This document shows, piece after piece, positions 24,102-35,619 of a DNA stretch of 55,066 bases. How positions within the stretch are numbered: position 1 is the first letter of the stretch; every line of letters starts with the position of its first letter. Position numbers and translations under genes: made by a program. The stretch comes from Neolecta irregularis DAH-3 (lineage: Eukaryota). The stretch spans positions 1 through 55,066 of the forward strand of contig LXFE01000122.1 in assembly GCA_001929475.1 (NCBI GenBank), in the 5' to 3' direction. Below the pieces are notes generated by a model. The model saw only the letters and a list, made by a program, of their open reading frames with translations. It made no database searches and had not been told where the DNA came from.

Positions 24102-24774
24102 ATGAGCGTTACGCTCCATACAGATCTTGGAGATATAAAACTCGAAGTATATCTAATAAATATGTTCTGTAGCTGATCACAGGTATTCTGTGATGACGTA
24201 CCCAGGACTGCCGAGGTTTTCCAGAGATTCATGCAAGAATCATATCTAACATTTCAAGAATTTCCTTGCACTCTGCGCGAGCCAATACTATAACGGTTGT
24301 AAAATTCACCGCAATATGAAAGGCTTTATGGTGCAGGTAGGCTGCCAGCATTGCATTTCTGAATACGTAGATGGGAGATCCAACGGGTACGGGCAAGGGC
24401 GGAGAGTCAATATGGGGAGGAAAATTTGAGGACGAGATTAAAGCGTCTCTAAAAGTATATACGTGTTTGACTTCATATCTTTGACCATGTAGCATAACAC
24501 TAGAGGTATCGTTTCAATGGCGAACTCGGGTGCGGATACAAATGGAAGTCAGTTCTTTATCACATACGGGCAGCACAGCCACCTTGACGGAAAATACACA
24601 GTTTTCGGGAGGTAGGAAGATGGTATACGAAGACAGCTAAAGATTAGGGTAATCGATGGGGGTGACACGCTCGAAAGTCTTGAAAAAGTACAGGTAGATA
24701 AAAAGAACCGGCCTCTCGAACCTTTGTATTTGAAATCCGTTACGATCCATGCAAATCCATTGGCAGAGACTTGA
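24102..24774 (+). CDS. CYP10: Cyclophilin, PPIL3-like
   Basis: [70 protein letters not shown]. Five introns. Confidence 0.93.
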
Positions 24775-24836
24775 TGATCTGTGATTATGACTTCTGATTT
24801 ATAATGGTTATCAACATAAACTCCTAATGCAAACTT

Positions 24837-26051
24837 CTAATGACCATAATATGATTTTCTTACATCGTAGATATTTTTCCCACGTTCCTTTGCAATAATC
24901 TCTGGTAATTTCTGCGATTTCATAGCTTGAAAAAATGCTTTGATAACGTTCATCGGGTTCTTTGAACGGTATAATTTCGCGCTGATGTCTTTAATACCAG
25001 CACAACGACATATTTCGTAAATTAGGTGATTTGCACGAACGCCAAAACCTAAACAATCAGGACAAGGATAGGAGGTAATTGACCCGGAGGTCTAGCTCTA
25101 ACGGCTAATTCAACAGCGTGAAACTTGACTTTTACGTCCCCATGAAAAGTCCGTTCTTCGAATCGAGGTATATAATCGAGGCTCTTTGCGGCTTGCAAAA
25201 AAGCCTTCCGGATAGCCTTTTCCACGATAGCGTCTTTTCCTTCCCCGTATCCTACAAGACCATCTCCATTTCCAATGACCATCAACGCATACATACTCAT
25301 AAGCTTTCCCATCTTTGTTTGATTGACCACTCGATGAATGACGAGTGGGCATTGAGTCAAACTATCGAGTTGTTTGCGACTTAGCCCGGTTCGTTCTGCC
25401 ATAAGAGCCTCTTGAGTTTCTGTAACAGAAGCATCCTCTTTAGCAATTTTCCGCGTCTTGCTTTTATTGCTCGATCTGATTTGGGGTTGTTTAATGATTC
25501 CCTTTTTCTGCACCGGCTGTTCCTCGACCATTTCCTCCTGGATCATGTTCTTTTCCCTGAGAAGGTTTCTTCGCGCGATGTTTGCTCCCGGTTGAGGATA
25601 ATCCATTCTTGGATCCATCACCGAGAGGTCTGAGAAATACGGCATCGATAAGTGAGCACTTCTAGGTCGTATGTGATTGATAAAGCGTTCAATTTCCTCG
25701 GATGTGCGATAGAGATCATCATCATTATTAATGTCATCATTAATAATGTCATCATTAATAATGCTCGAGGATTCATTTTCCTCTTTAGACGACAGATTTG
25801 GAGAGCTTGGGATATGAGGGTCGCTCGATTCTTTGGATTGCAAATCATTTTTTGATATCGGTGTTTCTTCGCAGGGCGATTTGTTCTTGCCCTCCTTATT
25901 TAAAAGGGTTGGATTATTTCGAAAAAGGCTCGAACGAGCACCATGAAGATATCTGAGCTGAAATACAAAATTTCCTGGACGACTGCGAGCTATTGGAGGT
26001 ATCAGGTAAAGAATTCAAAAGTTTATACCAGACTGTACGGATTTTAAGCAT
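24837..26051 (-). CDS. MRPS5: Mitochondrial ribosomal protein uS5m
   Basis: RVVNQTKMGKLMSMYALMVIGNGDGLVGYGEGK, IPRFEERTFHG, RPPGFGVRANH. Two introns. Confidence 0.9.
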
Positions 26052-26209
26052 GATGCGACACGCCCCCAATGATTCTGCAGCATGACAAATGGCCTTGCAC
26101 GACCACTTTTCAATCCGAGAGAATTGCTATGATCCACACTTTACGGACTGCGAAATTGAGGTTCAAAAAAGCCGCGGCAATTTCACCACCACGCGTCGTT
26201 TATTGGTGA

Positions 26210-27946
26210 ATGATAAATTCCCTTCGATTTATCAATCGAAGCCTGAAAAGATCAATTTTTTCCAGCAGTATGACTGCTATGGATGCGCCTGCCATTGCCG
26301 TTTCCTGTGCAAAAAGGGCGATCGAGTTCAACCGGCCTCAGCCTGCAAAGAAGAGGAGAAAGTTCGAAAAACGGGCTGTCAAGCAGGGATCGTCAGAAGA
26401 GATCATCGAACAGGATGTAAGAGCGCTTTTGGGTGAGATTATCGGAAGCGAGGTGAAAATAAAATTTGAGGAAATGGCCGAGACTAAGGAAGTGGAGGTA
26501 GAGATTGTAGAGCTTGGGTCACTGGGCATACCACGCTTGCAAATTTTTGCTTATTGAATCAGGAGAAGGGATGGCGGTCCTGGATGCAAACCATGTGGTT
26601 CTTGTGCCATTCACCGTTCCTGGGGATCGAGTGAAAGCGCGGCTATACAAGCGATTCGAGTACATTCTCGATACCACCGGCCTGTCTCATGGTTTAGACA
26701 CTACTCGCTCGCTGATCTGGTGTCGGTGCTCATACCGGCAGCGGAAAGAAACGACTCTTTGATTTGCTGCCCGTACTTTGCAAAGTGCAGCGGCTGCCAG
26801 TTGCAGATGCTTGGTTATGCGGTGAGTAACCTGCCCGTACAGCCAGCTCAGGCATAGCATCAATTGCTGCACAAGGAAAAGGTAGTGAAGCGCGCTTATG
26901 CTGCGTATCCATCGCTACAAAGACCAGAGATTCTGCCTACATGTGGATCGCCTTTGCAGTATAACTATCGCACGAAAATCACTCCTCATTTCGATATGCC
27001 GCGTAAGGACAGAGCAGAAGCGTTTGTACCAACAATTGGATTCAACAAAAAGGGCCGGCGATCGGTTTTAGATATAGAAGTATGCCCGATTGCTACCCCG
27101 GTTTTGAATGTTGGATTGAAAAAGTCAAGAGAGAACGTGCTCGCAGATATTTCAGCATTTAAACGGGGAGCTACTCTCTTGCTTCGTGAATCAACTGATC
27201 GCGTCAATTCAGACGATGGTATCTCTGACGAAAAGTTTTGTGTCACGGATCACAAGATCATTATCGATGAATATGTGGACAAGTATCACTTTCAATTTCC
27301 GGCTGGCAAATGGTTCTTCATACTCAGCTAATGGTTAGGTTCTTTCTTTCAAAATAACAACTCTATACTTCCTCTCTTGACAAACCATGTCAGAGAAAAC
27401 CTGTCATTCGAAGGTTCATGCCCAGAAATATTTCTGATAGATGCGTACTGCGGCTCTGGATTATTCAGTATCACCTGCAGTGAAGGTTTTAAAGAAGTTA
27501 TTGGCGTCGAAGTTTCAGCAGATAGCGTCAAATACGCAAAGCTCAATGCCAAAGCAAACAAGGTTCAAAATGCTCGTTTCATACTAGGTCGAGCTGAAAA
27601 AATATTTGAGGAAATCCAGTTCCCTTCGGAGCAGACTGCCATGATCATCGACCCCCCTCGTAAAGGCTGCGACGAAGCATTTCTGAACCAGCTACTCGAC
27701 TTCTCACCTAGACGCATTATTTATGTATCATGTAATGTCCATACCCAAGCTAGGGATCTTGCCTATATTACTCGTCATGACAAAGGCAATGGGTATATGA
27801 TAGATAGTATTCGTGGATTTGATCTATTCGTTTGTCATCGCTGTATTCATATGACTGATCAATAGCCTCAAACTTACCATGTGGAAGCCTGTGCAGTTTT
27901 ATCACGAAAGGAAAGCGTGCATTCGAATTCACAGGAAAGTATTTGA
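26210..27946 (+). CDS. TRM2: tRNA (uracil-54-C5)-methyltransferase
   Basis: CPYFAKCSGCQLQ, YNYRTKITPHF, SFFQNNNSIL, IDAYCGSGLF, IIDPPRKGC, YVSCNVHTQARD, FDLFPQTYHVE. Five introns, two of them GC-AG. Confidence 0.95.
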
Positions 27947-28110
27947 TTTTTGTGAATGTATTCGGTTTGTGGTTTCCCGATAAATCCAGCACAGCTATAC
28001 GCCTCTGACTACACTGTATAATATTTAGCCTTTCCATATAGTCAAATAATTATTATATCAGTTACTGAATCAAAGGCCGATTTCACGAGTTGCCCTCCAC
28101 AATTTCGTTA

Positions 28111-30614
28111 ATGAACACCACGCAGGGAGAAGACGCTGAAACTCCAAGTTCTCGTAAAAGTCCACACAAAATGTCGTCCTTGACATTGCAGAATTCAATT
28201 CTACAGTAACCCTCCAAGATCGAAAGTCTTCTTTACTTTACAAAGCCAAGATTTTAGCGGGCGATATTGGCAGTCGCACTGAAGCCCTTGATTGCATTAG
28301 AGAAGCTGCTGCACTAGCACCTGGAGACTCTGAAGTCGCATCTGCTTTGAGGGAATTCGAGAATGCAAGTAAACTTGGTTACGATATTTCTGCCAATGAC
28401 TTTATCACCGAAACAATTAATCGCACCGACATCAATTATCTCAAGTATCTACGGAATAAGAGTATTCGAGAACGCTTTCTTGCCGAAGGGATAGCAGAAA
28501 GAATTCGCGAAAAACTGAAAAGCGATAGCCACAGACAGCGTGCAATTGAACTGATGAAAGCGTTTTCCGTCCTTGAATCCAAGATTTTAGATCAGTTTTC
28601 CCAGAATCTCAACGCGGACGATATCTGTCTACTCGCGACGGTCGAAACTGGCATTGAACTTTTTCCTGACCTGGCTGAGAAAATAAAAGATTGGCCTTCG
28701 CCGGATCACAGATCAGATATCTTGAAATCCATCATCGCAACTCTCTCAGGCCTGCTCCCCAATGTAGAGGACAATAAGAAGAAGAAAATTCTCCATTCGT
28801 TAGCACGCTTAATTGCTCAATTTGACATCACGGTACATCTCGCCAAAGATCATGTCTGGTCAATCCTCATCTGCCTAGATCGACGAAAACCTGAACAGAT
28901 AAAGAGTCTTGCCACTATCGTCATCGCAAAACTTGTTGAAAAATTAAAACAAACGGATCGTACAAGTCTCTGCGTGTCGTTTTTCTCCGATTATTTCTCG
29001 TCAGCATGGAATGAGCGGGACGCCGAAAGTATGGTTACGGTCTTATCGTCGTTCACTGTATTATTCCAGATAGATATGCAGATAGCAAGCAATATCTACG
29101 AGCATGAGAAACTTTTGGAAAATGCGAATGATTTATTGTTGAATCCAAATATTCAAGTTAAGAGAGCAGCTTTGGATTTGTACAGGAACGCTGTGTCTCA
29201 GGCTCGGCTACGAGCAGAATTTTCATCGAGGAGCACTCCATTATTACAGAGTTTACAGGAGGACAGCGATCCGGAAATCCGAATATCTACCTGCGTTCTG
29301 ATAATCAAGGCATATCAAGGGTTGAAGGGTTCAGATAATCCTTTCTCTATGGATGAACTTGCCTCCAGGCTGCAATTTTCAATCACAAAGGATGGTCCAT
29401 TTTATAGGCTGGCTATTGAAGGTTTAGCATTCGCTAGTGCCGATCCGTTATTAAAGGATCTCGTTAGTAAAGATCAGAGCTTTCTTGCGGCACTTGTGGA
29501 GTTGATTAAACTGCATCCTGCTGACGGACCTATGGTTCTTGGAGCATTAACAATATTTTCAAACATTTCGCGCTACAGTGTGAAGAAAACCGAAGAGGAG
29601 CAACAAGTTGAACGTCTGCGAAAAGCTGCGCTTAGGAAGAATTTTGAAATGGAATTACTCCCTGAATCAGATGCCCAAGTCAAGCAGCGTTGCTTGCACG
29701 TTCTGCATGCTGGAATAGTTCCAGTTCTAGGATTGATACTAAAGAACTTCAGCCCCACTTTCCGACATCTTGTCGCTGAAATACTTCATAGTCTCTCCTC
29801 GACTCCAGAAAATCGCGGTCCCCTTGTTCAGCAAGGTGTTTTAAAAACCCTCGTTAAGCTCTTGGGACAGAAACAAAATAAGGAAGAAAATGACCTAAGA
29901 GTTATAACGAGTCAGACGATTGCAAAAATCCACATATCTCTTAGTCCACGTATTACGAATTCAAGTTGTCCGGCCGAAACAGCTATAAAGTGTCTGGCCG
30001 ATCTTTTAAACAACAATGAACTGAGTCAAATTGTACATTTTGAAAGTCTCGTTGCGTTGACTAATTTGGCCTCTGAAGATGATAATAATCGCGACTCGAT
30101 CGCAGAGCAGACATGGTCGCAGATAGAAATGATGTTACTCAACGATAATCATATGATTCAACGGGCTTCCGCTGAGTTGATTTGTAATCTAGTGGTTAGT
30201 CATTCTATCGCCGTCACAAAATATATCGACGGATCATCGACATCAAACAATCGTCTTAAACTATTATTGGTGCTGACTGATGTGGAAGACTACCCGACTC
30301 GGAGAGCTGTTGGTGGAATTTTGGGCACGTTGACGGGATATGAAGCTATTTGTGACTCAATCGTAGATCAAAATTTGGATGCTATCTTGCGTCCCTTCGA
30401 CGACAAAGCGGATGAGATGCTTCTCAGAGGTTTCGTATGCCTTCTTAATATCATTTGTAATACCACAAAGGAGAAGGATCTTTTTTCATTTCTTACAACT
30501 ACTGCTTCATCCTCTAAAATCCTGAAGGCATCTCAATCCACCAAAAATGAGGGAGTTTTGCAAGTTGTCGGAAAAGTTACCAAAGAGCTTAAGCGTAGGA
30601 AGATTATACAATGA
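28111..30614 (+). CDS. UCS-domain myosin chaperone (Rng3/She4/CRO1/UNC-45 family)
   Basis: AIEGLAFAS, NRGPLVQQG, FESLVALTNLAS, IQRASAELICNL. One 5' intron. Confidence 0.88.
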
Positions 30615-30718
30615 GATGATTCTACAATGAGATCCCGGAAATACAAAGCCTATGTAAATATTCTCTTGTATTAAATAAAGAGAATATGTACATTTTGGAT
30701 CGGTCGAGAGTCCTTAAC

Positions 30719-32110
30719 ATGACACCTCTCTATCTTTATTCTCCCAAAACTCTGTGCAAAGACGTACGAACAACGCTAGAAAAAGAAAACATATATGATT
30801 CGTCCCGCAAAGTTTTCTCCTCAGGGCGACCTGAGGTTCCTGGCAATTACATGTCAATTCCGATAATATCCAACCAACTCGAACAATCACTCAAAAATGC
30901 AAACACAACCTTCTCACGACTACGTGATTTCAAACACTTGGGACTCAAGCAGACAGAATTATCAATTTATATTGGGACAGAATTGAGACCAGAGTTGGTC
31001 ACGAAAAAATATACTCTTCGCGATATTATCAAGAGATTTATTACGCGCTGCCCACCAGAGCTAGCCTCATCTACTGTGATTTTACTCGAAGATTTACCCA
31101 AAAGATGGTGTGTTTTTCGGCATTATGGATGTATTCTCAACCTATAAGGACCCCCTATCCACCGATGGTTTTGCTATCTTCAAATTCATTTACATCAAGC
31201 ACATGGGTAAATTACCTCGATAACCTCAAGAAGGATGATCGTGATGAATTTTTCAAAGAGGTCGCAAGCTTTTATGGAGTTTCACATCTTGCTCTTAATT
31301 TGTCAATACCAAATGACGACTTACTTCGTCGACCTGAAAAGCTCAAACCTCTCTTTGGTGATTTCGGACCTCGACTTGATTATTCTGTGGAACCTACTAC
31401 GAATGACTTTGAGGAAGGTTTTTGGGTAACGACCACACAGAATAAGATTCATCAAACATGGGCTCCCAGATATACCATGTTTAGTCGGGGTAATATCTCG
31501 GAGAAGGCACGGGTTCTGAATTTCCCTCAGATAAAAGATGAAATAGTTGTTGATTTGTATTCTGGGATTGGATATTTTGCATTTTCGTATTCTTTTGCAG
31601 GAGCCAAACAAGTGGTTTGTTGGGAACTGAACCCTTGGAGGTATGCTTGCCAATATCTTGAAATTATTAAGTCCAGCAAGTGTCGAAGCAATGTGCCGAG
31701 GTGTCTTGAAAAACAATTGGACTGTTCGAGTTGTTCGTGCCGATGAAGATGTTGTCCTCGAAGCAGAGACTGCAAAACTAGTGATTTTCATGGAGAATAA
31801 CAATCAAGCGGAGCAGCGGTTGGGAAAGGTCAAGGCTTGTCACATCAACCTTGGCCTTTTGCCAGATTGTCGCAAGATGTGGGAAGCATCAGCTCGAATG
31901 ATTACTAGCGCAAAGGCAGCCTGGCTTCATGTTCATGAGACCGTTCACGAAAAGAAAATAGATGTGTGGAGAGAAGAAGTACAAGCGTTTTTCCAACGGT
32001 GTAAAGGATCAGAGTGGATCATCAAGGTAGAGCATATCGAAAAGGTAAAAATTTATGCCCCGTATGTCTATCATGTAGTTGCAGATATTTGCTGTACTCT
32101 CAAATTTTAA
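30719..32110 (+). CDS. TYW2: tRNA wybutosine-synthesizing protein 2
   Basis: QTWAPRYTMFSRGNISEKARV, VVDLYSGIGYF, WELNPWSVE, HINLGLLP, KVKIYAPYVYHVV. Two introns. Confidence 0.9.
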
Positions 32111-32173
32111 ATTGATGAATCACCGAAATGACACTAGTAAAGCTAATCGAGATTCCATGTCCTAGTCAAGGCA

Positions 32174-32820
32174 TCAGGACGACCGAAATTTTGGTGGAAT
32201 GTTTTTGAAAACAATCTGCGACTGTATACCAGGCTCATTACCATCATGATACAACTCGTTGTGCTGTGCGAAATGCTCTACAAAGTAAGCTATGAGACCG
32301 CATATTGACCAACCAATGTCTTCGGGATGGTTCCATGTGTCTTCGCTTCCTTCAGCATCGTTGAGGTGATATTTTAACACATGATGGATATCAAACTGTA
32401 ACAAATCAAACATTCACATCGTGGGTAGAAGGGCTTATCTGTTTCCTCATCAAAGTGATGTCCGAAGTTATAAGTGATTCCAGGATCGGGTAAACTTCCA
32501 CCATTTTTCTTGTATTCCAGCCATTCATTCAACGAGATCACACCATCCCTATTTCTATCTATCGCATCCAATACGGTCTTTTCAATTGACTGGCTGATGT
32601 GCTCAGGTATGTTGGCATCATGGTCTGTTCCATAAAGGGCACGGATTTCATGGGAATCCCATACCCCATCATTATTTAGATCGTGCAGGGTGAAGAAAGA
32701 ATTGGCGTCATAAGCATAGATATTATGTTCATCTTGCATATGCATATTCTCCCAGTCAGCCGCAGAGAGTGCTGCAAGAGCTGCAAAGATTGTCAGAGTG
32801 TAATGATAGGAGCGACACAT
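32174..32820 (-). CDS. SSP120: Secretory-pathway EF-hand protein, Ssp120-like
   Basis: Signal peptide, HMQDEHNI..YDANSFFTLHDLNNDGVWD, DRNRDGVISLNEW, GHH...IHH, HPEDIEHF, NIPPKF. Confidence 0.85.
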
Positions 32821-33286
32821 CAAGGGTCGGTCAGGGTCAGAGGGGGTAGCGTAAGAACAATAGTTCTTACCATACACGTGAAGACATTATCTTATTTACG
32901 GACATTAATATTTGGGGTATATAGTCTGGTAGGATCACGCATACCTAACCAAGTTCACGTATTTAGGTTAGATATGCCCTGTAATCAAGCTCACATACTT
33001 AGGGTAGAAGAAAACCGAGTCTTATTGTACTTTGGCCAAGTACATACAGGTAGCATATGGCGGTTATCAAGTTGATAATCCCCTCCAAGTAATTTTTGCT
33101 ACAGGCTCAGTATAAAATCAACCCAACGTACTCAAAGGACAACAGTTTTTAACAGATACCATCGTGATACATGCCACGGTTCCAAAAGAAACGAGAATAG
33201 AAAACCATACACTCCACCATCATGCCAGATGCTCCCAATGAACCAAGCATTCAAGACCCACAAGAAACCCTTCAGTCCTCGCATTT

Positions 33287-35290
33287 CTACCGTCTGAGAG
33301 TCGAGGATTTGCTCGAGGCCTCCCACTTGGTTTCTTCGTTTGAAACCGGGTTTTCATACCCGCCATCCACCATATGATGCAGCGTAACTAGTTCATCAGC
33401 TAATAATTGGTTGCAGCATACCGGAATTGAAATCGCCAAACGGATCAGTCACAGAATCGCTCTTGCCGTGTTTTGTTGCGTCACGGTTTTTACCGCCAAT
33501 ATCGACACTCTCGCTCTCCTTAAGATTTCGAAAGTTGACTGCATCGATTCCCTTTCCTTGAACGGGGATGATAGGTGGGCGGCAGTGACGCAGCAAGGCC
33601 CATTGCGTGTTTCTAAAGAATGGGTGATTCTTAACTTCAGATGCTCCGGTGTGTGATCCAAGACGTTTATGTTCGTCTTTACACAGCAATTTTCGGATGA
33701 GAGACTTGCACCCACTGAATAGTTAATAAGATTGCGTTTTAGGTAAATATACTTGGAAGTCTGTTGATTGTTATGTTCTGGAAATTGGACATCTCGACCG
33801 AGAATATTACCAAAAGTCGCGTTTCGATTTTTCCCTTTAAAAGGAGTAGTCCCGTACTTGAAATCAGTCAAACCACGCACAAGTTGCTCACAAGCATTTC
33901 GTAAATCAAAATCCCCAGAGTCCACCAATCGACAGCACTGGTGTGACCACAACCCTTGATGACTTCTGGGGCAATATATTCCTCTGTTCCTACAAAAGAA
34001 TTTGTTCGAAAATTTGCAATACACGACTTTGTATCGATAGACGGAAAGGCTTGAGCTCCACCTGAACGTGATGAAGATGCGACTACGAGCGGTGCACCTG
34101 TTGCATCCGACTGTTTAGAGAGATCGAAATCCGACAACATGATGTGCCCAGACTGATGGAGTAAAATATCTAAACATTGATAATTTCTCAATCACTAGGC
34201 ATACTTTCGGGCTTTAGGTCTCGATAGATGAAACCCATGAGATGTAGATATTCCAAGGCTGCCGTAACTTCTGCAGCATAAAATCGTGCCTCATCTTCCT
34301 GCAGGCACTTTCCTTGACGAGTCTGAAGAGCTATACATTAGATTCGTTGATAAGAGATCATGAAAACCTCTAAAAAACTCTCCTCCCATGCAATATTCCA
34401 TACACAAATATAGGTAATCATCCGACTGGAACGAGTGATACAAAGTAACGATAAATGGGTGGTTACTTGTCGCCAGAATCTCCTGTTCTGCAAGGGCTCT
34501 TTTAATTTTGTTCCGCTTGATCATCTCCGTTTTACTTAAAACTATACTATCAGTTTTGCATTTCTACGATTCGGATACCCTTCATGGCATATAAACGACC
34601 TGATTTCTTCTCTCTTGTTAGATATACTTTGCCGACATCGCCTTTGCCAATGAGTTTGATTTTGTCAAAACTGTTTGGTCCGACTTGCACGTCTCTAACC
34701 TTTATCGAATTACTCGAATACGTCCGTCGAAATTGACCCTTTGCCCTTGCTTGATCCAACAGGTCTTCGCAACAGACTGTTGACGGTAGAGTCTTTTCGG
34801 ACACATCGGTTTCGCTCCCGAGGACTTGTGTGGCTCCGGCTGACGATGGTCGAGGTTCGCGTTCTTCGGCTTGGCAAGTGGTACGCTCTAATCCGGCGAC
34901 CGCCTGACTATTAGGCGCCGATGCTACCCTTCGCAGTTTACGGAAAAGTTCAGTCTGGGAGGTAGGAGGTATACGACTGTTGTAGATCCCGTTTGCATCT
35001 TTTACACCCGTAGTCTCGTGTTCCGGCGGTCCTTGATGGGAAAAGTACGGATTAACGTCGGGAGTGGGGAAGATACTAATTATATCGGTAGATGGTGTTA
35101 TTGGACGGCTTGGCGCGGACGCGTAGTAATCGGCCTTGATCTCTTTACTGGGAAAAGTATGGCCATGGTTGTCTTTGAAGTTGAACTTGAAAAGATTCTT
35201 GAACTTGAAATGAGACCCGGACTTTCCGTTCTGGGAGCTATGGGAGCCGCTCGTAGACGCTGAATTGGACCCGGGCAGAAGTTGTGTCAT
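33287..35290 (-). CDS. nrc-2: AGC Ser/Thr kinase, NRC-2/Fpk1 type
   Basis: [74 protein letters not shown]. Six introns. Confidence 0.93.
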
Positions 35291-35619
35291 GCGAGATACA
35301 GAAGCCTGCGATCAGTGCTTTAGACAGCACGTATCGACGAGATCAGCAAAACAAGCTTGGTGGTTGGGGAAAGATAAAGCTCCCAAAGCGGGGCACGGAA
35401 CGCCAAACCCCCTCTCATCTACCAAACAGATACTAGCTAGCACCGGTTATTATATTATCGAGTTAGTCAGTGCAGAGTAATCTACCTGGTGATTGCAAGA
35501 ATACTCCATGTTCGACCCATCAGAAGTACAATATTATTATGCCAAGCCATGATGCGAATCCAGCAGATTCCGCAACCCATGGATCCAAACCAAACCACAA
35601 AAACATGCAGAAACCCTTT

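Noticed and set aside
25716-25765. ATTAATAATGTCATC-type repeats in MRPS5
   Set aside because: Ordinary low-complexity coding repeat (IINDD) in a variable N-terminal region.
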